Origin: Octopus bimaculoides
Taxonomy: Eukaryota
Reading direction: 5' to 3'
Length of the DNA stretch: 64,000 nucleotides
NCBI RefSeq assembly: GCF_001194135.2
Contig: NC_068988.1
Span: 96,129,024-96,193,023, forward strand
Shown here in pieces: positions 24,561-37,843 of this stretch; positions within the stretch are counted from its first letter, which is position 1; each line of letters starts with the position of its first letter. Under the pieces are notes generated by a model. It worked only from the letters and a program-made list of their open reading frames with translations. It was not told where the DNA came from and made no database searches. The translations under genes and the position numbers were made by a program.

Positions 24561-27500
24561 TTTCCCATCTTGTGTGTGTGTGTAATATTATGGAGGTAAT
24601 GGCGATATCCCATGCTGGGGCACCGCCGATACATCGGCTGAGACCAATAAATGATATACATATATACGCACATCCACACACACATATATATACACACACA
24701 CACACACATATATATATATAGGATCTGTTACATTTCAATCATAGGCGTTCCTATGAAGTAGAAAAGATTATGACGTTGCCAAAAATCGTAATTTCGTCGT
24801 ATGTGGGTGTTTTAAACATCGCAGATTACCATTTCGAAAAAAAAGCGGGGATATTTTTGGTCTCCCTTCTTTCTGTAATGTTTCAATTCTGAAATTTTTT
24901 TTCTCTATTTGTTTTAAAATGTTCGAAAAATCATTATCTCAGATATTTAAAACACAAATCCGAAAAAACAAAAAATCTTCACAAGAAAGTCAAAACTGAA
25001 AAATTACGAATAAGGGGAGCAAAAATACCTTCCAACCCCCCTTTTTTTCCTCGTCTTGTCTGATTATCTACAAAGATTGAAACACACACACACACACCCG
25101 AAGAAATTTCTAGTTTTTTGGTAGATTAGACAGGTTACTACTCTGTTCAGCCGGAACACCACACACGCACACACACTATAGTTGTTCCCGGTTTAATTCC
25201 AGAAATATATTTTTACAACTATGGTAATATCAGGAAACATGGGTTACATGCAATAATTTAATTTTTTATCGAATTTCGTGGTGCTTGTACAATATACAAA
25301 ATATTCGTGCATATAAGGATTTGGCATCGACGACATTGTGGTTTTAAACATTATTTAAATAGTTGTTAAAGGAGGCAATTATCGATAAAAGCTTGCCAGT
25401 TTAACAATAAACATTAGTTTGCACGATAATGAAATTATGACAATCGAATAACAAATAATCTAAATGACACTCTCCCTTTCTCTCTTCTTCCTGCGCTCCC
25501 CTCTCTCTCTTTCTCACCACCTCTCTTCTTCCTCCGCTCCCCTCTCTTTCACTTTTTCCTCTTCTCTTCTCTCTATCATTCACACGCATATACAATTATC
25601 TTCTTTCGTTCATGTCTATTTCCTTCTGTTTATTAGACACAATTACATGATGTTATGTAACTGAATAAACGAGTGATGCTATAAATATACACCATCTCCA
25701 TTGAATTAGATTAAATGCTGGTGGTAACGTTTACTTCTGCTGCAACACTTCATATTTATTCTTAAGGATAATAATATGCGCATTAAGCAACCAAAATCTA
25801 CAGAGAAATAGAATTATGAAGACCTATTATTCATTGATGAAGGCTATGAAAAATGAGTGTGTGCTCTAGAAGAATGTTAGTTCATGTGCTCGAAAAATGT
25901 GTTGTTTATTATGATTGCCACTGGTTTTTAAGAAATTAAGTTTATTGCGAAGATAAGCAAAATCCTAAAAAGAATATAACGTGATGGTCATGTAACAGGG
26001 TCCCACGTTACATAAATTTAATGATTTGGTATTTTATTTATCATTACATCCGTCTGGGGACAATTTGAAAAATGCAATTTTTTGAACCCAAAATTCTTTC
26101 ACAGAAGATAACCACCCGATTCCTTGTCGTTTATCCTTCCGAAAGTCCATCCATCAGAAGATATTAATTACACCCGTCTTACAGGACAATAGTGAAAATT
26201 AATTTAAATGATTTCATTTTATCAAGTAGCATAAAATTATCTAATAAATAAATGAGATTGTTTAAATAACGATGATAAAATAATGAGAAACCGTTGTTAG
26301 ACTTTTAGAAATCTTTTAATGATAATATTTATTTTATTCTATTCAGGTATACTTATAGCTGGTCGAAATTTATTAATATTTATTTATGAAGATGATAAAA
26401 CCAACCACCATGCAAATATCCTCTTGGTATCTGTATATAAGAATGTAAAAAATATATGTGCGTGTGTGCATGTATGTATGTACACATGTTATGCATGTAT
26501 ATATTATGTGTGTGCGTGAGTGACTTGTACGTTAAACGTTTTCCTCACCCCCACCCCCGCTGCCCAGGTTTTCAATGGATCTGCAAAACATTTGCAAACA
26601 GTGCAGCGAGTTTAGTGAAGCATTATTAAACCTTAAACTTCAATTACATAACGATTCTTACCTACCATCAATATATTGCTAAACAACTTATTCAGAAAAA
26701 GTAGCGGTTGATNNNNNNNNNNTATATATATATATATACATATACACACACATATATATATATATATATATAATACTGTACTAAAAGAATAATAGTACTG
26801 CCTTTATTTGCAGTCCGGTCCTAAAAGAGACGACTTAACATTATGGAATAAATATAGGGAGTGGGTGACGATCGCTGCGTACAAAATATGTAAGATATAT
26901 TATGAAATATAAAACGTGATATGCCCGCGCGCGCGCATGTACTTATAAGCGCGCGAGCGCGTGTGTGTGACCTCCGAACAAGATGACAGTGGTTGAGGAT
27001 ATTTATTAAAGGAAAATGAAAATATCCTTAATTCTATAGTGCAGTCAACTCAGCAACATTTTGTTTTTGCTGCTGCAGCCTTAATGTTAAGTTGCATTGA
27101 TAAAAGAATTTTTTATACTTGAAATGGCAGCCAACGTTTCCTGAATTATACCGTTCCATTGAAAAGGAAAGATGGTTTTATTTATAGGATATAATAATGT
27201 AACCTTCGTTAATGTTTGTGAGAAAAACTATTGTTATGGCTGGGAAACGTTTTTGATTTATTCTATCGAAAAGTATCTTGTCGTCTTTAAAAAGGAAGAC
27301 TGACATAGACATACTTTATATATAGGTGAAGAAAAAAATAAAACAGAACAGATGGTTATGGGTAGGACATATCTGGGGCGAGGGTGAAGCTATTCGTTCA
27401 TTCAGTCATGTTATACGAACTACTCTAATGCACCTACCATCACAAGATCTATTCATGAGCAGTAATTTATTTAAACAATTATAGTCTCTTAACCCGAGAC

Positions 27501-28421
27501 CAGCTCTAACAGGGAAAACTTGTGAACTTTTCTTTCAGATATAGTGTATATAGGACCGATTGATCTAATGTGTCCTTCTTCTTTTAAGACGGCAGTGTGA
27601 GATTAGCTTTGAATGCTATTTCTAGCAGGGTGAATGACCTCCGTTGTCACCTCGTCTTTCCTTGTAAGCTACCATACAGACAAAACTATCCGGCCATTCT
27701 GGCAAATAGAAAGAAAAAATAAAATAAAGACTGATAAAGAAATATTTTTCATTAATAATTCGAGGAGAAAAGTAATTATAGTTTTATAAGCGGCAATACT
27801 AGAGCAGAAACAAAAACATTATTTTACAAACAACCGAACAGTATTATTATAAAGGTGTGACGAAAATAACATCCGTCTATCTATCTCTTAGTCAGGTGAG
27901 AAGAAGAAAGTGCTTATGTCTTTTGGAGATTTGGTCCGATTGCTTCTGCAAAAGTCAATTAAGGAACCGGGTAGTGGTGTGAAACCGCCGGGCAACGGAT
28001 TAAATGTGTGTTTGTGTGTATATAAATTAAAACATTTTAAATTTATTCTTTCACCTCGGCCACTATCTGGCATATACAGGTGCTTGCAATTATCAAGTAT
28101 TACCTTTAAAATTTGCTTTACCTATACATATATATATATATATATATATANNNNNNNNNNNNNNNNNNNNNNNNNNNNNNNNNNNNNNNNNNNNNNNNNN
28201 NNNNNNNNNNNNNNNNNNNNNNNNNNNNNNNNNNNNNNNNNNNNNNNNNNNNNNNNNNNNNNNNNNNNNNNNNNNNNNNNNNNNNNNNNNNNNNNNNNNN
28301 NNNNNNNNNNNNNNNNNNNNNNNNNNNNNNNNNNNNNNNNNNNNNNNNNNNNNNNNNNNNNNNNNNNNNNNNNNNNNNNNNNNNNNNNNNNNNNNNNNNN
28401 NNNNNNNNNNNNNNNNNNNNN

Positions 28422-28459
<38 letters not shown>

Positions 28460-29259
28460 GTGTGTGTGTGTGTGTGTTGAGGAAGCACTTGCAAGGTGAA
28501 GAAATATTTACGTTTATTTTACCATAAAGCAAATAAAGCTATGATGTCATTTTTATAACCCATATCTACGTATTTAATCAGCAATATTTATTTTGAATAT
28601 AATACAGTTTATTAAATATCGAGTTACATACGTAATCTCATTTCGTTGAAACACATGTTAACAATGTAATGTATAAAGCTACGTTTTAATCTTTTATTTT
28701 CTCCCACCAAACATAGAAGCCATGTTGTTCCGGGTTTAATAAAATGCCAAGGCTAAACGTTTTAGGTTTTTGTCTGTGATTTACTTTTATTCTCACAACG
28801 GATCAGATTCGGAACAATAGTTTTTTTTTTAATTATTCAGCAATTATGAAACAATCTTCACAGTTCGCTAAAATATTTCGCAAAATGTTTTCAGTTGAAA
28901 AATGTTCAATAATCATTTAAGATATAATAAACTTTAGAAGAAAAAAAACTGCTTGAAATATTGGACAGTGTTACATTGCAACATCTAATATCGTGTAGAA
29001 ATTATACATACACATGTTTTCTTTTACTTATTCTTGTCACTAAACTACGACCATGCTGGGGCACTGTCTTAAAGAATTTTTAGCCGAATGAATCGACTCC
29101 TGTGCTTAATATTTGAAGTTTAGAACTTATTCTATCCGTCTCTTTTGCTAAGTTACGAGGACATAAACACACCAGTTATCAAGCGGTGGTGGGGCACACA
29201 CACATATACACGCACGCACACACACACACATATATATATATCGGTGCATGGCTGAGTGG

Positions 29260-29996
29260 TTAGGGCTGGATGTGCATGTTCGACAGAGTGTAAGCATCTT
29301 GAGAGAAAAGTTAGGCATAAGAGGAATCAGATGTGGTGTGCAAGAAAGAAGAATGCACTGATATGGTCATGTGATGCATATGGACAAGGACAGCTGTGTA
29401 AAGAAGTGCTGATTTCTAACTGTGGAGGGAACCTGTGGTAGAGGTAGACCCAGGAAGACATGGGATGAGGTGGTGAAGCATGACCTTTGAACTTTGAGCC
29501 TCACAGAGGCAATGACTGGTGACTGAGACCTTTGGTGATATGCTGTGCTTGAGAAGATCCGTCAAGGTATGACTGATGCTGGTGTCATGTAAGTGGCACC
29601 TGTGCCAGCGACACATAAAAAGCACCTTTCAAGCATTGAGTCTCATGGAGGCAAAGCGGCTGATGCCAGTAGCAATTGAAAAGCTATTTTTGAGTGTTGG
29701 GCCTCATGGAGGCAATGACTGAGACCTTTGGTATTATGTTGTGCTTGAGAAGAAGACCCCTCAAGCCAAGTAAAATCGCAGTCGTGGCAGATACCAGTAT
29801 CATGCAAATGGCACCTGTGCCGGTGACATGTAAAAGCACCCATTACACTCTCAGAGTGGTTAGCATTAGGAAGGGCATCCAGCCATAGAAAACCCATGCC
29901 AAATCAGACTGGAGTCTGGAGCAGCCTTTCAGCTTGCCAGCCCTGATCAAACCGTCTGACCCATGCCAGCATGGACATCATAATCATCATCATCAT
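29260..29996 (+). mobile_element. RTE-clade LINE 3' end with (CAT)n tail
   Basis: Decayed peptide REKLGIRGIRCGVQERRMH*YGHVMHMDKDSCVKKC*FLTVEGTCGRGRPRKTWDEVVKHDL, typical of the RTE C-terminal RLRWxGHVxR...GRPRKTW. Followed by the abundant 3' UTR repeat. Confidence 0.85.
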
Positions 29997-30044
29997 CGTT
30001 GTCGTTTGGCATCTGCTTTCCATGCTGGCATGGGTTGGATGTTT

Positions 30045-30420
30045 TTCTCGGTGGTGGCAGTTGCAAGACATCCAAATTTTGGTTCATCTTCAAGACTCTC
30101 CCTTCCCCTCCTAAATCCAACCTCCTACTTTTGCACTGCTGATGAAGCTGGAGTGTCATCCCCTTATGCAGCAGGAATGTCTGGGGGGGGGGGGCTAAGC
30201 CATTTTTCTGCAGGTACTTGATAAGACTATGATGCCAAATTTTCTCCAATTTCAAGAGAAATCACTGCAAATTACTTTTGAAGTCAGATGTCAGTTTACC
30301 TAGAAAGAAACAATACAATTATTAATAACAAGAGTTGAAATTAATGCATGCAAGATTCTTCAGCTCTAGCATCACTCCTTCAGAGTCAGCCTATCAACTT
30401 TCCAGCCCACCTTCATTGTA
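30045..30420 (-). mobile_element. Mariner 5' fragment (N-terminal HTH) with TIR
   Basis: EKIWHHSLIKYLQKNGLAP then, after a frameshift, GDDTPASSAVQK*EVGFRRGRESLEDEPKFGCLATATTEK (mariner RGRESLEDDPRSGRP motif). TIR-like sequence at about 30385-30418. Confidence 0.8.
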
Positions 30421-31710
30421 AGTATGTGAAGATGGGTTGTAGCTAATTGTTTGTGAGTTTGTGTTGTTGATAACCAGAGTAAGGATGACTATTATTGCTG
30501 GAAGAACTAATAATAATAATAGTAATAATGATAATAATAATTAGTAATTGACGCTCTTAGAAGTGTAGGAAAATGTGATTTGCATTTCTGGGTGCTTCAC
30601 AAGTCCATACATAGTTCATGGAAGGAAAAAGGTTAAATGAGTATAAGTGCCAGAACCGGTAGAAGGTTTAAGAGAAGATTTTATTGATATGTCAACATGT
30701 ATGGCAAAAACTGCAGTTGAGCATGTCCCTTAGTGGATGACAATATGTGCATCTCTGATCATGAGCAGAAGTAGTGGGAGAGCATCATGTGCTGAGAGGA
30801 ATTCTTTGGGGTTTGAATAATTCATCTTTGGAAACATTGTTTCATTCATCATCCTTAAACAACCCTTATTCAGGGAGTTTTTGAATAATTTTCTCGACCC
30901 AAAGAAAATTGTAACTGGGCCCCATCTACAAGGTCACGCGATGTTTATCTTGATTCGAGGTAACCATGTCGCGCTCATATGGTTGCAATACAGGTGCCTG
31001 GCGTATCCTTATCAGATTGGGGCTAATTCTGTACTTCCCTAACTGAAAACTTACGAGAATCAAATTAGTTGATTTCGAACATGTGAAGGGATAGTGACTG
31101 TAATCGAAATTTCACATATTTTTAACGCTTGAAAATAATTATTATATATGAAATAGGGAAGAAATTGTATAGTACTCGAAGAAAAACGCTGATCATAAAC
31201 AATATATTAAATAATGCACAAAATGAAAGAAATTGCTTCATTTATATGAATGGTAGTTTTTTTTTTATATACACAAAATGTTGATTCTAGTATTTTAGTT
31301 TGATACACAGCCAGTGTCACTGTTTAAACAATGATAAAGTTTTAATAAAATCCTAATTGAATATAAATATATTGGCGATGACCAAGCTTGAAAACAGTGC
31401 AAATATGCTTTATTATTTCATATATAAGGCATTTTGCAAATGATTGATTCCCAAATGGAGTTTAATGCAAATGTGTATTGCAATCTATTTTCTGCGCAGT
31501 TTAAATGAATGGCAGAAAGCAAACAAAGATTAAAGAAGATTAATTTGTCTAGAAAAGATTCCTTATTTAGATGAACAAGAGTAAACCGAGTCAGCCAAAT
31601 AACTCAATAGTCCACTGAAACCCCACTTTTAAGATAATACTACAAAGTGCATCGTCAATGTCTTTCATTAATTCGGGATTCACAAATAATTCTAATGAAT
31701 TTCCTTATAT

Positions 31711-31829
31711 TACCGGAAATAAAAACAAAAACAACAATATAATTGAAACTAGAACTTCTTTCTACACGGAATTATTTTTGTAGTTACACCGCTTCCGGTT
31801 CTTTCCACGTGCTGTTTGATGTTGGAATT
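31711..31829 (+). promoter_or_regulatory. WDR36 proximal promoter/5' UTR with ETS-like and E-box motifs
   Basis: ACCGGAAAT 31712-31720, CTTCCGG 31792-31798 and CACGTG 31806-31811, immediately before the ATG at 31830. Confidence 0.55.
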
Positions 31830-31970
31830 ATGTCGGCGAGCAAAATCTTCACGGGTTACCGTGCTTTGGGTTATGTTAGCAATCATGTACCATTAGTAAC
31901 CAGATACCAGGAGAAGGTGAAAGAACATTATGTTATAACCTGTGTCGGGAAGGCCTTTCATACATACAAT
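31830..31970 (+). CDS. WDR36: WDR36 exon 1
   Basis: MSASKIFTGYRALGY...GKAFHTYN|gtaagt. Confidence 0.95.
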
Positions 31971-32564
31971 GTAAGTGTTTTGATATATTTTCTTCGGTTT
32001 CAAATAAGACCAGTTTAAAGAATCTCCTAAACTTTTCTGGTATCCTTTGATAATTTGAGTAAATAAACTCTCAGAAATATCTGTTATTCTTCTGTGTTTG
32101 CAACAAAAGTCACCATTTCGTGTACGCTTGTTGTTAGCATTAATTTCTGAATATTCGTGTATCTGTATTTAATCGAAAACTCGTGTTTTGATAGAATCTT
32201 CAATATTGATACAAGGTAAACTTATTTAAAACATGAAACGAAGCGGTCCCTACATCGTTACTTGACCTGCTCGAAATGGTAGCCAAACCGTGCTCAAATT
32301 ACAGCAAAATACATTGGAAGTGATAAGCAAAGACGGGAGGGTTATATTTGGAAAGCTTTTAGTTAAAGCATTGTTCGATCAGTATTGATCTGGGCTAAAC
32401 AATAGCCTATTAAAACCGAAATATGTGTCTTAGTTTAGTTTTTCTTAATACTTTATTACTTTTTCTCCGTAAAATAACTTTGTTTTAAAAACGCAAAAAA
32501 AAAAAAAAAAATTTATTGCATGAATTCTATTTTGTTGTAACTTTTTCATTAAACATATTTCCAG

Positions 32565-32592
32565 TGTTCCAAGCTCGGGATATCTAATATCA
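32565..32592 (+). CDS. WDR36: WDR36 exon 2 (28-nt micro-exon)
   Basis: ttccag|TGTTCCAAGCTCGGGATATCTAATATCA|gtaagt; CSKLGISNI+S. Restores the frame. Confidence 0.9.
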
Positions 32593-33536
32593 GTAAGTAC
32601 ATATATATATATTTATACATACAGTTATTTTATAATTTTATTTTCACTTTTCTGTTAGTGACGATGGAATGATTTTAGTCATATGGTCTACATTTGTATA
32701 TTTTTGGATGATATTTAAAAGACAAACGGAAGCAAAAATACCCCGAGATAGAAGTAAAGCAACATCTTATTCGAACTGGAACTTTTAACTCGAGTCTGAG
32801 CATTTTTCTTTAAATTCCCACCTGATAAATATTATTTTATACTCTTAGTCTTGACATCTTGTGTAAGCTAAAGTAAGATATTTTTTAAACTCTTTACTTT
32901 CAAACCATGCAACACATTAACCTTTCCATTTGTCGCTTATATAAAAATATACACATCATTTTAATTTCTCTTTCAAAATGAAGTTTTCCAATAACATTAT
33001 TAAACATTAGTGATTGTCTGAAGGGACAGGACTCTGTTTAGATGAAAGTCTTGCTGAATCAAGGGGCAGTGGAAGCAGATTTTTATTTCCAGGTTACATA
33101 GCGTTTAACAGAGGTAAAAACTGATTAGCATTTTTTTGCAGGAATATTGTGGTCAGTGCCCCCTGACTGGCTCATATGCCGGTGGCACGTAAAATGCATT
33201 TTTCAAGGAGCATTAGCCCCGGATTTCCTCATCCAATGAGTCCCTCACATTTCAAGATAGTAGAGTCATTTGAAGGAAGTTTATCTGTTATTTCTAACAG
33301 TTTGTGTTGCTGGCTTTACAGTGTTATGGTCAGTTATAAGTTGAGTCAATGTAGTAAGACTTGTTCCACCAATTATCTGATACTTGATATAATCTAAATC
33401 CTTCTCTCCCATAGAAGTAGAGAAAAACTAAAAGGAGATAGAGACATTAATATTCTGTAAGGAAAAAAATATATATAATTTGAATTTGTTTCAATTAACT
33501 GGGCTGTATTTTTTATGACTTTTTAAAACTTTTCAG

Positions 33537-33637
33537 GTGACACACATCCTGATGAGATCTCATGCCTTGCTGCTAATCATCATCAAGTATTTACAGCCTG
33601 TAAAAATATTATCTACTGCTTCCTACGGGGACAGCAG
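33537..33637 (+). CDS. WDR36: WDR36 exon 3
   Basis: DTHPDEISCLAANHHQVFTACKNIIYCFLRGQQ; ag/gt bounded. Confidence 0.92.
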
Positions 33638-34214
33638 GTCAGTGAAAATTAACGAATATACTTTTTAATCCTTTTTAAGATGCATTTTTGGTTTTCACTT
33701 CTTTTGTTGATTGTTAATATAAAGTTAGAACATTCAGGTGTTAATGTTGATCTTTTACCTGATTACCTTCTCTCCAATGGAATTGGCAAGTAGACATCAA
33801 CTTAGATTCCTCATTTCTGACTCTTATAACATTTTAACAATGATTCAAGGCAAACCACACTATTCACTTTAAATGAAAAACATGCAACTTCAAAATAGAT
33901 TTTATTTTCATTTAACAAAACAATCAAAGCATTTGAATTTTATTCCTTTGAATTGTCTTTTCAAAAAGTCAACATCTACAATCAGCAATCAAACCATCTT
34001 AATTCATGCTTTTTCTCTGTTATATATAATTATTTTACAAGTCAAAGTTGTTGCCTTGAAACTAAACTCTGTCCCTAGAAAATAGGAGACTTTTTTTTCT
34101 TGATAATAATGATCTAATATTACTGATGCTGATGTTAAGATATTAAGTTAAGAGTTTGAAAAGAAGATATGAAAATTGTGATGGTAGAGAAATATTTTCT
34201 GAAATTCTTTTCAG

Positions 34215-34332
34215 GTTATTAGAAAATATATAGGCCACAAAAGCGCTGTTCATATTTTACTGACATTTGCTGCACATTTGATATCTGTTGATGAAGATAG
34301 CTTTGTACGAATTTGGAATATCAAAAATAAGG
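34215..34332 (+). CDS. WDR36: WDR36 exon 4
   Basis: VIRKYIGHKSAVHILLTFAAHLISVDEDSFVRIWNIKNK. Confidence 0.94.
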
Positions 34333-35588
34333 GTAAGTTGTTTTAAAAAAGAAATAATTGTGTAATTAATAATTTTACCTGTTACTTTTTTCAATCTTCA
34401 AAGCATTTCTGCCTTGAGGTGTGTTGTGCATTTATTCATAATTTATTTTGGAAAAGTTCCTTCAACTAATGCAGTAAATTTCAAGACAAAAAAAAGAAAT
34501 GTAACAGGAAATGATTGGAAGCAAACATATTTAAAAAAAAAAAATTATTGGGACAATAATTAAGATAAGGTGTAAGTGTGGCCATGCAGTTAAAAAGCTT
34601 GCTTCTTAACCATGTGGTTTCCGGTTTAGTTCCACTGTTTGGTACTTTGAAAAGTGTCTTCAACTCTAGGCTCAGACTCCCCAAAGCCTTGTGAATGGAT
34701 TTAATAGACAGAAACTCGTATGTAAATATGTTTGGTCTTGTACTTGTTTCATTCATTAGAGTGCGGCCATGCTGGGACAATACCTTCAAGAATTCATACT
34801 TATTTTCTTAGAGTGTATGTGTGTGATTATTGTAAATAGATCCTTATAATGGAGCTTAAGTTAGTAAATCTGTATATGTAACTGAAACACTGCCAGTCCC
34901 TTCTTCTGACTCTCACAATCCTTTCTAAGTAATTAACTCCTCGTCCTGTCTCTCACACTAACCAACTCTCTAAATTAATGAAATAGTGTGACAAACAAGA
35001 ATATTATCTTGTCTGTTTACTGCATCACTGTCTAATAATATTTTCACCCTTGTCGAGTGATGTCAGGGTATTTTGACTAATCTCATTGCTTGATATGAGA
35101 GCTTCTACTTGGGTGTCTGATCCATTTGCAGATAGCAAGCAAATCTCCTTTAAAATCTCTCCCTACTTTCCTAAAACATTGTAGCTTTTGATACACTTCA
35201 GTCATGGGATGACTCTGACTGAAACACTTTCCGTCTTAGTTCCAATGGATTGAGATGGACCTGGGGCTAAAGAATAACAGTTAAGTTTACTTGGACTTAG
35301 TGAATGAAAGTCACTGCATGGTCCTTTAAATTGATAACAATAGCTACCAACTTGCTCTCAAACCACACCTTATTGAATTAGGAAAGGACACATTGGACAG
35401 TGGAGTACTATTTATACAAAATGGCAAGAGGAATCTATCTGTATTAAACTAGACAAACATTTCCTAAAAGGCAGTGTTTTTCCTAATTGTTAAGATGGAT
35501 ATCTAAGAACATGTTGCATTGCAGATCTGACCAATTTATAGAAAAACAAACAACAAAATGATGTGCATTTTTTTGTCTCCTCCTACAG

Positions 35589-35776
35589 AGCTTTACTTGG
35601 AAATGTCTTTTGACAATAAACAATTTCAAGTTACTTCAGCGGTTCATCCTGTCACATACCTTAACAAAGTATTATTTGGAAGTGCACAAGGCACTCTACA
35701 ACTTTGGAACTTAAAATCAAATAAACTTATTTATACATTCCCTGGGTGGAATTCTAAAGTTACCGTTCTTGAGCAG
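35589..35776 (+). CDS. WDR36: WDR36 exon 5
   Basis: LYLEMSFDNKQFQVTSAVHPVTYLNKVLFGSAQG...VTVLEQ. Confidence 0.96.
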
Positions 35777-35897
35777 GTAATATAATTCATTTTTGCTTTT
35801 CTTCTTTTTGCTAAATAGACTCAGTGTATAACTGGGTAAACTGCTGCTGTCTTTGCTTTCTGTTTACTATTTATGTATTTCTTTCTAATACCGTAAG

Positions 35898-36030
35898 GCT
35901 CCTGCAGTTGATGTCATAGCAGTTGGCCTGGAGGATGGTCGCATTATTGTACATAATATCCGTTATGATGAGTCTGTGATGAAGTTTGCTCAAACCTGGG
36001 CTCCTGTTACCACTATATCCTTCCGATCAG
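35898..36030 (+). CDS. WDR36: WDR36 exon 6
   Basis: APAVDVIAVGLEDGRIIVHNIRYDESVMKFAQTWAPVTTISFRS; taag acceptor. Confidence 0.95.
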
Positions 36031-36159
36031 GTATTTATTATATTTATATATCATTTGACTTGAAAAGAAAATGCTTGATACCACTTTCACCTTGTGCAGT
36101 ACTAACATGAGAAATGTTAGTGCAGCTGGTGTTGTCTTCATAATTGTTGATGTTGTTGT

Positions 36160-36320
36160 TATTATTATTCAGGTCACTGCCTGGAATTGAACCCGGAATC
36201 TTGGGGTTAGTAGCCTACACTCTTAACCACTACGCCACAGGCATATGGTGTTAAGAGCACAGGCTACTAACCCCAATATTCCGGGTTTCGATTCCAGGCA
36301 GTGACCTGAATAGTAATAAT
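36160..36320. mobile_element. Head-to-head pair of tRNA-derived SINE heads (palindrome) in WDR36 intron 6
   Basis: The - strand copy has A box TGGCGTAGTGG and B box GGTTCAATTCC. The + strand copy is its inverted, slightly decayed twin. Both end in (AAT)n. Confidence 0.8.
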
Positions 36321-37125
36321 TCATAATTGTTGTTTGAACGTGTGATGTTTATATGAATGAATGCTTGTATAACATCAGTAGATGATGATGAATTGATTGA
36401 ACAGATCTATGATATTCCATTTTTTCCCTTCCACCTAAAATACATTTAGAAATACATTAGATGATCCCGTTTTTAAAGATGGAAGGGTGTGTTTTGAGAG
36501 AAAGCTGCCTGTTATTTCTTGCAGGTTGAGTGACTGTAGGGAGCCTCCTCCCCTTCACTCAAGCCAATGGTGGTAGTGTAAGGAGATGCAGAGACACAGA
36601 CAGATTGAAACTACTTCAGAAAAAATCATGTTTACCTTTGAAGAATGATTGGAGATATTTTCTGCTCCACTTGGTTATGAGTTCCTTTGCTTACAGATGT
36701 ATCAGCAATTGAAACTGTATTCCTGACTTTATTTCTGTCATAAAATCTACCATATTGTCTTGGGGTTCAGTCCCACTCTACAGCACCTTGGGCAAGTGTT
36801 TCTACTATAGCTCCAGGCCTTGTGAATAGAGTCAGTAGGAAAGTGAAAGAAGCCCATCATATGTGTGTACCCTTGTCTTGACATCATGTGATGATTGTAA
36901 ATGAGCATGTTGTTCATTTCCAGTCTTTTATGGAGAACATGTCTGACCAAGGAGCAGGTGAGGGTTGGTGACAGGAAAGGCATCAAGCCATAGAAAATCT
37001 GTCTCAGCAAAATTTCCAATCCATGGAAAAGTGGATGTAAAACAATGATGGTGATGAAATATGTTAATCTAAGCTTTTTATATGTATTGAATAATTTTTT
37101 TGGCATGAAATTTACTTGTTTTTAG

Positions 37126-37301
37126 ATGGTCATCCTATAATGGTCAGTGGTAGTGCGTCTGGACATATGGCAGTGTGGGACCTTGAAGAAAACCGTATCA
37201 AATGCCAAGTCCGTGATGCTCACCGTTCGTCTATAACTGGGATGTATTGCTTGCCTTCTGAACCCTTAATGGTGACCTCTTCAGGTGACAACACTCTCAA
37301 G
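37126..37301 (+). CDS. WDR36: WDR36 exon 7
   Basis: GHPIMVSGSASGHMAVWDLEE...SGDNTLK. Confidence 0.96.
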
Positions 37302-37722
37302 GTATGTTAATTAATGACAATATCTATTCTATAGAAGAGGATGCTGTTTTTATTTAAGTCTTCAGTATTCTCTAACGCCATTGTTGTGATAGCGTTTTGT
37401 TTATAATTTATTGTAAAATGAGAATACTAATGGATGACTCATTCTGGTAGCAGAACTCAAGCCTGGATCCAATGGCAAAGTGTTGCCAACGTAATCAAGA
37501 GATTCTGATCTGGTGAGGGGCACTACAGGGACTTCTACTGCTTTTTCTGGAGAAGGTGAACAGCAAACTGTCAATTTAACAATGCTACTAATGCTTAGAA
37601 AGGAAGTTGTTCATAGTATTCCGTACCTATTTTTCTAAGTTGGTGGAGCGACTCTTTTGAAAACTGTGGCTGACCACACACTAACCATTATGTGTTTTAT
37701 TCTTTTTTTCTTTTTCTGGTAG

Positions 37723-37843
37723 GTCTGGATTTTTGATATGCCTGATGGAAGTCCTCGTTTACTGAGGAAGAGGGAGGGCCATAGTTCACCACCGCTCAAA
37801 ATACGCTATTATGGAGAAAATGGTGAAAATATACTTAGTGCAG
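37723..37843 (+). CDS. WDR36: WDR36 exon 8
   Basis: VWIFDMPDGSPRLLRKREGHSSPPLKIRYYGENGENILSA. Confidence 0.96.

Noticed and set aside
27910-28532. Long ORFs around 28100-28500, also 20628-20951 and 18935-19195
   Set aside because: Artefacts of N runs and (AT)n/(GT)n microsatellites.
36171-36238. Functional tRNA-Ser gene
   Set aside because: No clear acceptor-stem pairing, an ACT anticodon atypical for eukaryotic tRNA-Ser, and an (AAT)n tail and inverted twin. It behaves as a SINE head.
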